Positions 1-10,986 are shown, numbered from the stretch's first letter. The stretch is DNA of 64,000 nucleotides from Schizochytrium sp. TIO01 (GCA_004764695.1 SMSO01000005.1:1612001-1676000); one strand, 5' to 3'. Numbers and translations are program-made. Notes: generated by a model not told the origin, from the sequence alone.

Positions 1-2931
1 CTCCTTGTTCGAGTTGTGCAAGCGGAACGCCCAGATAAGGAGGAAGAACAACAGCGTTTGATGAGTGACTTCAACAGATTCCGCATTAAATTGACAAGCC
101 TTGAGGACGCTCTTTTGCAGAAACTGTCCAACGCCCCTCAAGATATTCTCTCGGATGTAAAATTGATTGAAGGATTAGAGGCAACAAAGGCAGAATCTCA
201 GAAGATTAATGAGGCTGTTGCTTCAGGCCAGCGTGTCCTTCAAGATATTGCAAAGATCCGTGACTCATACCGCCCTGTTGCAGCTGAGGCGTCAATGTTA
301 TACTTCCTGCTAACAAGCCTTGCGTCCGTAAACCACATGTACCAGTATTCGCTGGAGGCATTCATTCACTTTTTCAATAAGGCTATTGAAACTGCACCAT
401 TTCCAAGTGCTCAAAGTTCGGGTGGGCAGGATGCCTTCCTTGACCCTGAAGTAGCCGCAAGTTCCGAGACAGCTTCAGATGGTGAAGGCTCCTCTGAAAC
501 ACAAGGACAAACTGTTGCACCTGCAGCTAACTCTAGTGGCACTTCAGCCCCGTTACTTGATGAGAAATCAGTCAAACAGCGCGTACAAAACCTGCAAGAT
601 ACCTTGCGCTTTACAATCTACAAGTTTGTATCTCGTGGACTCTTTGAAGCCCATAAGCAGCTATTCCTTGCTCAACTTACATTCCTGCTCATGCAGCGTG
701 GACAACTCGAATGTAGTAGTGATTGGGACCCTGTAATGTTCGACTTTCTTCTGCGTATGCCCAAGGAAGAGGGTGAGGAAAACCCGCTTGATGACTGGTT
801 ACCTGAGTCAGCATGGCAAGCAGTGCAAAGCCTGTCAAAGCTCGATGATTTCATGAACTTAAGCAATGACTTAATTGAGGCAGCTCCACGCTTCCGGGAC
901 TGGGTATCTCATAACCACCCAGAAACGGAAAAATTGCCTCTGGACTGGGCTCATCTGGATCGTGCTCCCTTTCTCAAACTGTTGGTCATTCGCGCTCTGC
1001 GACCCGATCGTATGACATTTGCAATGAACAACTTTGTTCGAGTCAGTTTAACTGACGGCGCGAAGTTTGCTGATTGCGACTCCACGTTGAACTCATATAG
1101 CCTACTCTGCGAAGCTTACTCAGATGCATCTCCAGAAGTTCCTCTTTACTTTATCTTGAGTCCTGGTACAGATGTGCTTGCTGACTTGGATCGTCTTGCG
1201 ATGGATAATGGTAAAGAGAAGGGTAAGACATATCATAACGTGTCCCTGGGTCAAGGGCAAGACAAGGTTGCAGAAAAGCTCTTAAATGCTGCGATCAAAC
1301 AAGGTCACTGGGTTGTCTTGGCCAACGTTCACTTGATGCCACGCTGGTTACCCAGCCTAGAGAAGCTTCTAGATCAGTTTAAGGAAGCGAAGGATAGTCA
1401 TCCGGACTTTCGCCTATTCCTCAGCTCTGATCCTAGCAACCGCGTACCAATCGGAATTCTTGCTCGCAGTATCAAGCTCACAAACGAAGCTCCTACTGGG
1501 CTCAAGGCCAATCTTAAGAAGGCATTTTTGAGCTTTCCGAAGGTCTTTGTAGAGGAAGCTGACACAAAGACTAAGGCAATCCTCTTTGGTTTATGCTACT
1601 TCCACGCCGTAATGTCTGAGCGTAAGAAGTTCGGCCCAAGTGGCTTCAATATGGTCTATCCTTTCAACCTTGGTGATTTGCGCGATAGTGCTATCTGCGT
1701 CACAAGTACTATGGACAACAATACTACCGCGGGAACCCCATGGGAGGATATTCGATACCTTGTTGGTGAAATCCTTTATGGTGGTCACATTGTCAACGAC
1801 TTTGATCGCCTTCTTTCAATTACATTCTTGCGTCACATTCTTCGTGATGACCTTCTAGATGAAATGGAGCTCTTCCCGTTTGCGGAAGGCACCGGCTGCA
1901 GCTTTAAGGCTCCAGCACCTACAACCGTAGATCGATACATTGAGTATATTGAAGAGAACATTCAAAGTGAGAGTCCTGTTGCCTATGGTATGCATCCAAA
2001 CGCAGAGATTGAGTTTCGAACTGTTCAAAGTAATGAACTGTTTTCTTTGCTTGGGTTGCTGCAACTTGATGGTGTAACTTCCGAAGGTGAGCATGTGGTG
2101 TCTCCTCAACTTGCAGCTGAGGCTACTACAAACGATATCCTTGACCGCTTTGGGGACATTCAACTTGATCTTGCTGCTGTGCAAGATATGATTGAGGAGA
2201 ATGGTCCATACCAGAACACATTTTGGCAAGAGTGTGAGGCCATCAACAACCTTCTTTCTGAGATGCGTCGCTCATTGAATGAGTTAACTAGTGGTTTTGC
2301 AGGTGAATTGACTATATCTGACGAGATGGAGGCCCTGATGACAGCTCTTCACCAAGGCAAGATTCCTCAGACGTGGTCTCGTCTTGCGTGGGCGAGCACG
2401 CGCACCTTGCCACTATGGCTCTCGGACCTTGGCAATCGTATTGTTCAGCTCCAAAGTTGGACCGAGAACCCTCTTGAAGTACCTCGAGTCACTTGGCTCT
2501 CCGGTCTCGTTTACCCGCAGGCTTTGCTCACAGCTATCAGACAAGATGTTGCAAGCAAGTCAGGAACTGAGTTGGACAAACTTATTTCATACACAGAACC
2601 TAGCAAAAAGTCCTTTGAGGAGTGTGCCGAGGCGCCGCCTCGCGATGGTATCTGGGTTCACGGCCTGTCGCTTCAAGGAGCTCGATGGAACACTAGCGAT
2701 GGCAGCCTTGAGTCCTCGAGACCCAAGGAACTCTTTTGTGCTTTGCCTGTAATTAATGTACGCGCTGTGCAAGCTGACAAGGCAGAAACCGGTCAGATTT
2801 ATATGTGCCCTGCCTATAGCACAACAATGCGTGGGCCAACCTACGTGTTTAGCGCTCAATTGAAAACAAAAGCACCTGCTGCGAAGTGGATTCTTGCTGG
2901 CGTTGCAATCGTGCTGGACACAGGAGCATAG
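1..2931 (+). CDS. Axonemal dynein heavy chain, C-terminal part (end of AAA5, AAA6, C-terminal domain); outer-arm beta-like; 5'-truncated by the window edge
   Basis: Frame 1 is open from base 1 (LLVRVVQAERPDKEE). Dynein motifs: YRPVAAEAS, NHMYQYSL, FILSPGTD, VSLGQGQ, GHWVVLANVHL, LYGGHI, GMHPNAEI. The C-terminal RGPTYVF...KWILAGVA is typical of the DNAH9/11/17-like class. Confidence 0.95.
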   Translation, partial: LLVRVVQAERPDKEEEQQRLMSDFNRFRIKLTSLEDALLQKLSNAPQDILSDVKLIEGLEATKAESQKINEAVASGQRVLQDIAKIRDSYRPVAAEASMLYFLLTSLASVNHMYQYSLEAFIHFFNKAIETAPFPSAQSSGGQDAFLDPEVAASSETASDGEGSSETQGQTVAPAANSSGTSAPLLDEKSVKQRVQNLQDTLRFTIYKFVSRGLFEAHKQLFLAQLTFLLMQRGQLECSSDWDPVMFDFLLRMPKEEGEENPLDDWLPESAWQAVQSLSKLDDFMNLSNDLIEAAPRFRDWVSHNHPETEKLPLDWAHLDRAPFLKLLVIRALRPDRMTFAMNNFVRVSLTDGAKFADCDSTLNSYSLLCEAYSDASPEVPLYFILSPGTDVLADLDRLAMDNGKEKGKTYHNVSLGQGQDKVAEKLLNAAIKQGHWVVLANVHLMPRWLPSLEKLLDQFKEAKDSHPDFRLFLSSDPSNRVPIGILARSIKLTNEAPTGLKANLKKAFLSFPKVFVEEADTKTKAILFGLCYFHAVMSERKKFGPSGFNMVYPFNLGDLRDSAICVTSTMDNNTTAGTPWEDIRYLVGEILYGGHIVNDFDRLLSITFLRHILRDDLLDEMELFPFAEGTGCSFKAPAPTTVDRYIEYIEENIQSESPVAYGMHPNAEIEFRTVQSNELFSLLGLLQLDGVTSEGEHVVSPQLAAEATTNDILDRFGDIQLDLAAVQDMIEENGPYQNTFWQECEAINNLLSEMRRSLNELTSGFAGELTISDEMEALMTALHQGKIPQTWSRLAWASTRTLPLWLSDLGNRIVQLQSWTENPLEVPRVTWLSGLVYPQALLTAIRQDVASKSGTELDKLISYTEPSKKSFEECAEAPPRDGIWVHGLSLQGARWNTSDGSLESSRPKELFCALPVINVRAVQADKAETGQIYMCPAYSTTMRGPTYVFSAQLKTKAPAAKWILAGVAIVLDTGA

Positions 2932-3257
2932 ATAGTATGTCCTTAACATGTTAGTTTCAAAAATGACAACCATAACAAATTAAAAAAGGCTTTTCAAATT
3001 AACACAGACTCGGAGTATTTTATTCCCTGATTCCTACAATGTTGCTTGCTAATGTTTTTATAACTTGCATGAGGTAGGACTTCAAAAGCATCGATCTATT
3101 CTTAGGTAATATATCTATCTATATATAAATATATTGTAAACTCTAACAATATAAGTTTAAGGTTCTGATTCGGCAGGGAAACGTTGGTTCTCAAAGAAGC
3201 GCCATGTGAGAATAACAAAACACATAGACAAACTATGAATTTTTTTATTATTAAAAT

Positions 3258-4571
3258 TTAGTCGGCTTTTGGCTTTGGCGTTGGTCGAATAAGTTCAATA
3301 ATCATGTTGTATACCAAAAGTGCATTATCTGGCTCGGGAATGACACACCATCCAAGGAATCCCATCTTGACAATCATGTAAACGGGCATAAGGTAAACCA
3401 GGTTGACAAAGAGAAGGTCCTCTATAGTGTGAATTGCAGCAAACAAGGTCCAATAAGCTCTCCATGCACCAAGCTCCTCGCGCCTTGAAATCAGCGCCTG
3501 GCGAGTTTGTGCAAGAGGGTAGATAAACCCCAAAACACGAGTCAGCCATAAAAAGAAAAGCTTGACAAAGCCCGGACCCTCCACAGGAGCCGTTTCGTAT
3601 TCATCTTCGTAGTCCTCGGGATCCTCAGCAATTTCCTTTTTTACCTTCAGTGGGGGCGCTACCTTTACGGATGCACTGATGTCTTCTGAGGTTGAAGAAC
3701 CTAGGTGTTTCTTACTGGCACCAAGTCCGCATCTTGATTTAGCCTCAAGGTAAAGCGAAAGCATAGCACGTCTGACCTTGGCATTTAATGAGTTTTCCTT
3801 GCCAGTGGCACCATCGATAACACGCGCGCATTGTACAGCATCGGTAAAACATTTAGCTGCTGCAGTCTGGACCTCATCGGTATGCTTTCCGTCTCCAAGG
3901 GCGTGTAATGTGCGGTCCACCCCGAGATGCTCATCGAGAACAGTGTCGAAGCCATTATAAACGTCTCCATTGGCATCGGTAGCAATAAGAATCTTGTCTT
4001 TGCCAATAATGTCACCAATGCTAGCGATTCCATCGTGAATAGTAGACGCCAGGGCTTCGGCATCTTGCACAGACTTGGTGTTTGCCATATCTACGATGCC
4101 CAAAACAAATTCCTTGCTTGAGTCACGGCGCAAGAGTCGTGGGACCTCGTCCCAGTCTTCGTTGGACCCTGCATCGAGCAAGAGTACTCGATCTAGCGAT
4201 ACAGGGAGGAGGTAATCAGATTTGATTCCATCCAAGATTGCATTGGGACCAAGGTTTCCAAAGCGATCTTCAGAAACGGAGCCGCTTTCTGAAGCAGACT
4301 GGCCAAAGAACGCAGGTGCGATGAGAGCTACGATCACTGCTGCAAAGACAAGCTTGACGGTAAAATTGTCGGAATAGCTCATGATGAGTGAAAGGTTAAG
4401 CGGTTCTTCGTCTTCAGTCGTTACACCAGCTCCTGTAGAAGTAGAATTTCCAGACTTGACCGGAGCAGAGTTTTGAGTGGCCCCTTCTTGGACCGCCATG
4501 TGTTGTCTGTACAAGCTGTATACCAAATACACAAGTAACGCGCCAGCGACAACGTCCAAAGTCGTCAGCAT
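3258..4571 (-). CDS. Membrane protein with a C-terminal TB2/DP1/HVA22 (REEP/Yop1) domain
   Basis: C-terminal LGFIYPLAQT...AWRAYWTLFA...MPVYMIVKMGFLGWC...ALLVYNMII matches the TB2/DP1/HVA22 pattern. There are two N-terminal hydrophobic segments. The first ATG is at 4571; the ORF-track start at 4583 is TTG. Confidence 0.8.
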   Translation of the reverse strand: MLTTLDVVAGALLVYLVYSLYRQHMAVQEGATQNSAPVKSGNSTSTGAGVTTEDEEPLNLSLIMSYSDNFTVKLVFAAVIVALIAPAFFGQSASESGSVSEDRFGNLGPNAILDGIKSDYLLPVSLDRVLLLDAGSNEDWDEVPRLLRRDSSKEFVLGIVDMANTKSVQDAEALASTIHDGIASIGDIIGKDKILIATDANGDVYNGFDTVLDEHLGVDRTLHALGDGKHTDEVQTAAAKCFTDAVQCARVIDGATGKENSLNAKVRRAMLSLYLEAKSRCGLGASKKHLGSSTSEDISASVKVAPPLKVKKEIAEDPEDYEDEYETAPVEGPGFVKLFFLWLTRVLGFIYPLAQTRQALISRREELGAWRAYWTLFAAIHTIEDLLFVNLVYLMPVYMIVKMGFLGWCVIPEPDNALLVYNMIIELIRPTPKPKAD

Positions 4572-5247
4572 GCGCGTTTGCAAAGCCGAGGTATATGGAT
4601 TTGGAACCCCTCAAGGATCTTCACCCTATTCACAACAGGTCGGTCGATCTCAGAACCAAGCCTAAAGACTGGGTGCAACAGCAACGTTGGATTTCTAGTT
4701 TGCAGAGACTGATTATTCTATTCTCGAGGCTGCGTTTCTGATGATCTTCGTGATGATCACTATGCGGCTTGGCACTATAATAAGTACTAGATGATTAGTT
4801 AATGAACAATTAGCTAAACTAAGCAGAGGAAGCGGACCTACTAAGGGCCTCAGTAAGTACCTACCGCTTTTCTAAGAGGTATCTACAGTCATTGTTTTCT
4901 TACCCGAGTTTATTTATTTACTTTTAAGGGGGAAGAGATTTTTAATCTTTTAGAAACGAAGCAAGAGAGGTGTTTATTATGATGCGTCACATAGATACCT
5001 ACCTACTTTGGTCTACTTAGGAGGTAGTATATCGCTATCGCTAGAGCGGTGAACGGATCTGAAGAGTTTAGGAATAGTGGGTCAGAACGTGGTATGGGAA
5101 TCGAAATTGACCTAAGAGATTAAAGTGAAGACAAATGGCAACAAGGGAAAGTGAAATCACGGAAGGGTGTAGAGACCGGCGGGATAAGAGGAAGTACAAA
5201 ATGAAAGAATGTTCAGAGTTAGGGGCAAATGATAGAGCTCATTAGGG

Positions 5248-8200
5248 CTATTGAATTGTACAGATCTTTGTTGAGGTGGACCCATTAGCGGCACTTGGAG
5301 CGGGATCGACAGACTTTTTACTACCACTCAATTGTAGAATGTTACTTTTAGATTTCATGCTCAGAATATTTCGTTTGCTTGAGCTCGAAAGTACGCTCTT
5401 GAAAGAAGTTTGCTTCGAATCCCGGATATGTTGCTCAATAATACGGTCGGCTTCTTCAAGAGCAACAAAAAAAACACCGCATGGTGTGCTTTGGACAGGA
5501 CTAAGCTGGTGCCCGCTGCTATTCATAAATCTACCTAAAATATTGCGTTTGGGCCTTTTGTTGACCATGACTCTTGAAAGAAAGTCTTGGTGTTCAGGAG
5601 AAGAGTCATCAAGGCTCTCCTCGAGACCCTCAATGCCGTAAGCAGAGCTGTCTGAAAGATCATCGCCAAAGAGAAAGCGTTGTTTGCTAGTCCAGAAGCC
5701 AGCTCGCCCATTGCTTCTTGTGGGACCCAAATCACGGCTCCCTGAGTTATCCTCCTCGAAGTCAATTTGGGTCTTAATTATTTGCTTGAATGTACTGCTA
5801 ATTATACGCAACGTGCGAAGCTTAATATTGCCTCGTTGCACATGATTGAGGATTTCATTCAAGAGCACATGAGCTTCATGAAAGGCGCCTGTTTCCACAT
5901 AATTTTCAATAGATGCAGTCGCAAAGTCCATCGCCTTATCGAACTCATCAGCCCGAAGGAAATGGTATAATAATGGCACATAGTGTCCTCGCAAGTCGTC
6001 TTGGTGCACGCGAGATAACCAGGTAGCTACTTGTTTGTGTAGCATAATTTGATCAGCTCGGAGAAGAAGCTTATAGCATGTTTGTTGAAGCTTGGGGTGA
6101 GAGAATTCGTAGGTTCCTAGCGCTGGTTTTATACGAATGAAGTTTTCAAGTACTAACAATTCTAGAACAGCATCTAAAAGGGTAAGATCGTCTTCACGCC
6201 TACGAAGAAAAGACCGAGGTAGAATTTCTGCAAGTGTATCATAATCAAAGGTCGTGCCAATTACGCTTGCTGCTTTAAGACACCGCTGTTCTGCCATACT
6301 TAGCCCATCAAGTCGAGTGTGAAAAGCTTTTGCAAGCGCATCCGGTTGATGATGGGTCTGGTCATGAGGCTCTGCACCTCCTACATCAGATCCAGGGGAG
6401 TAGATATCGGATTCATATACTAGAGGTTCCAAAGAAAGGCCACGCGCTATTTCAATGGCAAAGAATGGATGCCCTTGTGAAACATCATAGATATGGTTGT
6501 ATTCACTGGAAATCCAGTTTCTCTCAGGGAAAGTTTGCTGGATGAGAATCTCAATATCTCCTAGACTCAGACGTGGAAGCTCGATTGTAACAATGAAGCC
6601 TCCCTTTCTTGAACTATTTGAAAGACTTTGATCAAGCTTCTGAATCTTTACCGTTCCCGTTGTCATGTCAAACTTTTTCGGCTGATGAGGTAGAACATCT
6701 GTTTTTGAATTACCTTTTGGTGTTGTGGCGGGGGCAACAGAAACACCACGGTCTGATTTCGAGCGTGCTTTTGATGAAGTTCCCATGAGTAACATATCAA
6801 CATCAACAATCACAAGGATAGACATAAAGACGTCCCAGCTACACGTGTCCATGAAGTGAACATCGTCAAAAGCTAGAACAATATGTTTGTTCAATAAAGT
6901 TCTTCCCGTTGGAGTAAGAAGGAGCTTAATCAAGGCTGACCTTGTCTTTTGGTAGCTTCGCTTTGACTCATTCGCATCCCAACCGACATGTTTCCATTCA
7001 GTCTTGGTGAGGATTACCTCTTTGATCAGCTCTACTTTAGAAGATTCTCCAGACGTGAGAGACTGTTCCCATTCCGCGAATAATTGGTCAATCAAATCAA
7101 TCGTCTCTGCTTGCCCCATGCGAGCATTTAACGCTTGCTTGTTGAGCACTAGAAGAGCAAATACCTTTGACAGCGCAGAATATGGCTGGTAATGGTCCTC
7201 TGGGCGCAAAGATACAGTAAGGGGGACATAATCAACGCTTGCTGCGAAAGCACACGAATGCTGAAGAAAGGTGCTTTTACCCGCGCCTTCATCAGAACGA
7301 ATAAGTAAAAAGGTGCCTCCTTTGTCTTCCAAGAATTCAACTCGAGTACTCAACCTAGAGTGTCTGCGAAGTCCAGGCAGTGTAGATGTCGAATCAATAC
7401 GAGGCTCTTGGTTTGCATAAGCGTGTGTACTAGCAAGTTGAGCGCTTTGCTTATAGTCAACGATACACGATTGCTGACGCTTTCGTTGTGCGACTGAAAG
7501 GCCTCTATGAGCTTGAAAGCTGTGCTTCTCTTTTATACTTTCAATGGTATCAGAATCTAGTTTAGATTCAGACGTTTGCTTATTTTCTATCTCACTCTCT
7601 GATTCAGAGGCATACGATGATTCTTGCGAATTATTTTTGTGGAAGGACATTTTATCACTAGGGTTCATGTTACCGTCGCCATCGCTTTCAACGTCTGAGT
7701 GGCTTTTCTTCTCTTCATTTTCATGATCATCATCCCCTGATTCAAGTATGTACTTTCCACTTGTAGATTTTTTCTTCGTTTTGTTTCGTTTTGCGTGTGC
7801 AGCTATTTCAGCTCGAAAGTCAATTAAATGGTCAAATTTGCCTTCAAATTGGAGCCGGTCGCCACCAACCGTCCCGCGTCGTTGAATACGTTTGTTCGAA
7901 TTATTTTCAAAGATATCTGATTGTTTTGACTCGTGGGTTCCTGTTTGAGGCTCTTTGTCGGTGGTGTTTTCGTTTGAATCAGTGAGTCCGTTTGGGTTTT
8001 GTTTAGGATCTGAAGCAGAACTAGTTCTTGCATGTTCACGAGACTCAAAATAATTTAGCCGTCGCCGCATGTCCTTAGTGCGCAATAAACGTTTCACCTC
8101 GGCAAATTCGTGGTCGAAACCAACACAATTGGATGCTTTCCACTGAAGGGTGAAATCTGTTTGCTGTTCCGAGGTTACTCCATAGAGAGATTTCCGTGCA

Positions 8201-10320
8201 GCCATTCCTTTGACTTTGACATCATGGAACGCTGTGAAGTTAAATAAAGTCATATCACACCTACTACGCGTGTCTTCATCACAAATAATACACCAATTGT
8301 TGGCAAAGATTGAGGTGTCACGCTGAACTTCAAGAAAAGCTGATGTTAGTCGAGTAGAACTTCTGGTAGAACCATCACCTGGTGCTGAAGCTCCATCCTT
8401 AAAACTGTTTTCAAGTTTAATACTGCTTTCCGGTGATACCGTTGGTAATGAGCTCAGCTTTGAAGATGATACACCTATACTAGAAGTACCCGCGCGAACT
8501 TTCTCCATCGCAAGACGTTTTTTATCTTCTGCAATCTGGGCTTGCGCCGCAGCCCACTCCTTAGCTGATTTACATCCGAATGACATGAGTCGGGCAGCCA
8601 TATTTACTGTGTTGCCTACCAAGGCAAACTCTTTACGACTTCGGTTGCCGACTGTTCCGGAGTAAGCTGTTCCAGAGGTCACGCCAGCATATGCATGAAC
8701 ATCAATACGCGAAAGGTCCTGGCAAAACTTTGTTGCACATTGAAGTCCACGTGTTGCATCATCGAAATGAACGCATTTAGGTACCCCCAATGCAAAGATC
8801 ATTACCATACCCTTATCGTCAACTAGAAACTGCCGCAACATGGCTTCGTAAGCAGCAAGAGCTCGCTGCGCAATCCCGACAATATCGTCAATTAGACTTA
8901 AAAACAGGCCGTCGTCATTGTTCAAGGCGCAATGAATACGTGGTCCATCTAATTTTATAAAAATCACAGTAACGTCCCGAATCTCTGCCTCTACAGATAG
9001 GCTGGGCTGCTGAACGTAAGGGTCGATCACAAGAGGCGGAGGGACGAACATAAGCATCTTGTACGCAAGCATTTCTAAGGAAGGTGTAGTAGGTTTCGAG
9101 CTCAAATTTACGTCACATGAAACTGACTCTCCGTTACGTAGCTCTGAGAAATTGGATTCCTGGTCTTTGGAACTGCTCATTTCTTTATACCCCCTTTTTA
9201 CATCAACCATGAATTCATTAAAAACTTCGTCTTGAAAAGCGATTCCGCGATAGTATACTTGCCTGTCCGAACTTGACGCATCCTCAGTATCGGCCAATGA
9301 AACTGTGCATACGTTTCCAATCAAGTCCTTTGTTTTTGAATCAAAAACTAGCTCTTGGGCTTTTGCCTTTGCTAGCGCATGCCCAAGAGACTTGTAAAGC
9401 GAGCCCATGGTCATAAATTGATATTCAGAACTTTCTCCTCCCGCTACATATAGATTCAAAGGCCCTGATGCAACACTGACATGCAGTTGTAATTTGCGAT
9501 CATGAAAACATGGCTGCGTAGCAGCTAGCTCTAGGCCACACCTTACGGCCGCAATGGCGTTCAATCTTCTTCTCATCGTCAAACGCTCTGACACGAATGA
9601 GGACACTACTCCGTTACAATGCCTTGATACCACATCTGAACACAAGCTGGAAACACCCTCCTGGGGCTGATCGGGTTTCTTTGACCGCTGTGCGCTTTCG
9701 ATTGCATTATCGCAGTTAAGTATGTCAAACCAGGCAATAATTAAAGCATCTCCAGCAAAGTTAAGTACATCTCCTCCGTAAGCACTGATGATGTCCAATA
9801 AAGATGAAAAACATTGATTAATACCGCTTTGGAGCTTGTCGAGGCCGCTTGCGCCTTCAGCACAAAGTTCTTCAGATAATGCACAGAACCCTGAGACGTC
9901 AGCCAACATTAAAGTACAGTCTGAACGTATAGAACATGGCCAAACAGCGCTCGATATGGTTTCTGTTTCTCCTGGTGAGTTTGATGCTGCGTGGAGTTCT
10001 CGCATGCGCTCAAGTTCAAGAATTTGTGAAACAACTGAAGGCGTGAAAGCGAAAATGTCTCGCTTCAGAGATATTGGTGTTGAACTTTTCCAGTTGTCTT
10101 TAAGAAGCTGCACGCGCTGTGCGTGCAAGTCTTGAAGGCCTTGTCCAGATTCGCTCCCAAGGACGCTTGTTGTTGATGAATGCCCTTGCAGAGTCAGTGT
10201 GTCCATACGGCCGTGCATTCGCCCCATTGTCTGAATCGACGAAGAGCGACCGACGACGCTTCGCCTCGTCTTAGCCATGGACACCACCGGGAGATCTGCG
10301 GTCTTCGCCTCCCGCCCCAT
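5248..10320 (-). CDS. Soluble adenylyl cyclase (ADCY10)-like class III nucleotidyl cyclase: two cyclase domains, STAND-type P-loop domain, helical region and CaaX box
   Basis: C1: LADVSGFCALSE...GGDVLNFAGDA. C2: VTVIFIKL...QFLVDDKG...EFALVGNTVNMAARLM...VKVKG. Walker A SDEGAGKST, Walker B LAFDDVHFMD, QGHPFF, ASVIG, YEFSH. Ends in CTIQ. First ATG is at 10320. Confidence 0.9.
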   Translation of the reverse strand: MGREAKTADLPVVSMAKTRRSVVGRSSSIQTMGRMHGRMDTLTLQGHSSTTSVLGSESGQGLQDLHAQRVQLLKDNWKSSTPISLKRDIFAFTPSVVSQILELERMRELHAASNSPGETETISSAVWPCSIRSDCTLMLADVSGFCALSEELCAEGASGLDKLQSGINQCFSSLLDIISAYGGDVLNFAGDALIIAWFDILNCDNAIESAQRSKKPDQPQEGVSSLCSDVVSRHCNGVVSSFVSERLTMRRRLNAIAAVRCGLELAATQPCFHDRKLQLHVSVASGPLNLYVAGGESSEYQFMTMGSLYKSLGHALAKAKAQELVFDSKTKDLIGNVCTVSLADTEDASSSDRQVYYRGIAFQDEVFNEFMVDVKRGYKEMSSSKDQESNFSELRNGESVSCDVNLSSKPTTPSLEMLAYKMLMFVPPPLVIDPYVQQPSLSVEAEIRDVTVIFIKLDGPRIHCALNNDDGLFLSLIDDIVGIAQRALAAYEAMLRQFLVDDKGMVMIFALGVPKCVHFDDATRGLQCATKFCQDLSRIDVHAYAGVTSGTAYSGTVGNRSRKEFALVGNTVNMAARLMSFGCKSAKEWAAAQAQIAEDKKRLAMEKVRAGTSSIGVSSSKLSSLPTVSPESSIKLENSFKDGASAPGDGSTRSSTRLTSAFLEVQRDTSIFANNWCIICDEDTRSRCDMTLFNFTAFHDVKVKGMAARKSLYGVTSEQQTDFTLQWKASNCVGFDHEFAEVKRLLRTKDMRRRLNYFESREHARTSSASDPKQNPNGLTDSNENTTDKEPQTGTHESKQSDIFENNSNKRIQRRGTVGGDRLQFEGKFDHLIDFRAEIAAHAKRNKTKKKSTSGKYILESGDDDHENEEKKSHSDVESDGDGNMNPSDKMSFHKNNSQESSYASESESEIENKQTSESKLDSDTIESIKEKHSFQAHRGLSVAQRKRQQSCIVDYKQSAQLASTHAYANQEPRIDSTSTLPGLRRHSRLSTRVEFLEDKGGTFLLIRSDEGAGKSTFLQHSCAFAASVDYVPLTVSLRPEDHYQPYSALSKVFALLVLNKQALNARMGQAETIDLIDQLFAEWEQSLTSGESSKVELIKEVILTKTEWKHVGWDANESKRSYQKTRSALIKLLLTPTGRTLLNKHIVLAFDDVHFMDTCSWDVFMSILVIVDVDMLLMGTSSKARSKSDRGVSVAPATTPKGNSKTDVLPHQPKKFDMTTGTVKIQKLDQSLSNSSRKGGFIVTIELPRLSLGDIEILIQQTFPERNWISSEYNHIYDVSQGHPFFAIEIARGLSLEPLVYESDIYSPGSDVGGAEPHDQTHHQPDALAKAFHTRLDGLSMAEQRCLKAASVIGTTFDYDTLAEILPRSFLRRREDDLTLLDAVLELLVLENFIRIKPALGTYEFSHPKLQQTCYKLLLRADQIMLHKQVATWLSRVHQDDLRGHYVPLLYHFLRADEFDKAMDFATASIENYVETGAFHEAHVLLNEILNHVQRGNIKLRTLRIISSTFKQIIKTQIDFEEDNSGSRDLGPTRSNGRAGFWTSKQRFLFGDDLSDSSAYGIEGLEESLDDSSPEHQDFLSRVMVNKRPKRNILGRFMNSSGHQLSPVQSTPCGVFFVALEEADRIIEQHIRDSKQTSFKSVLSSSSKRNILSMKSKSNILQLSGSKKSVDPAPSAANGSTSTKICTIQ

Positions 10321-10982
10321 GGTGGTGTGCAATTTTAAGGCTTTACCAGTGACTTATGATGATGCGGCGCGGCGAGCCTCTGCCGTGGCCCCAACCACTG
10401 CTCGCTCGCCGCAAACCTCTCGATCTACTTCCGCCGGCCCGCCACTGCACCGACGACCTGCAAGAAGTGAATTCGTCTTTCCCGATTCGCGCCGCAGCTT
10501 CTATTATCGTCGATTTATGTGCCAACAACAAAGTCAATAGTCCAACTAAAAGTAATCAGTAACTTTTCATAGAAAATATGGTCAACGAGTGATAGAAACT
10601 TAGATTTGTCATCAACCAATTACTAACCAATTAGTTGTTCACACGAGATGTTCATGCCAGCCAAATTATCATACCCGCCTTGCTAGATGCGCTAGAACCT
10701 ACTTGCCTATTTAGCTACTTGTTCCACAAGCCAATCCACTCGCAATTCCTCCTTCGCGTTGCACTCCTCTCTCGCCGACTTGCTCGCTCTGGCGCACAAC
10801 ATCCAACTCAACGGACCTCTTTCCACACTCAAAAAGTTCTAACTCGCTACCAAAACTTTTATATACTCTTTCACTCAAATTCTTTCGTTCAATACATGTG
10901 TAGTACCTCCTTCTACTTACTCTGTATATGAATGTGCACATAGCGGAGGAGAGGAAAATAAAAATTGCAAAAGAGAATATAT

Positions 10983-10986
<4 letters not shown>

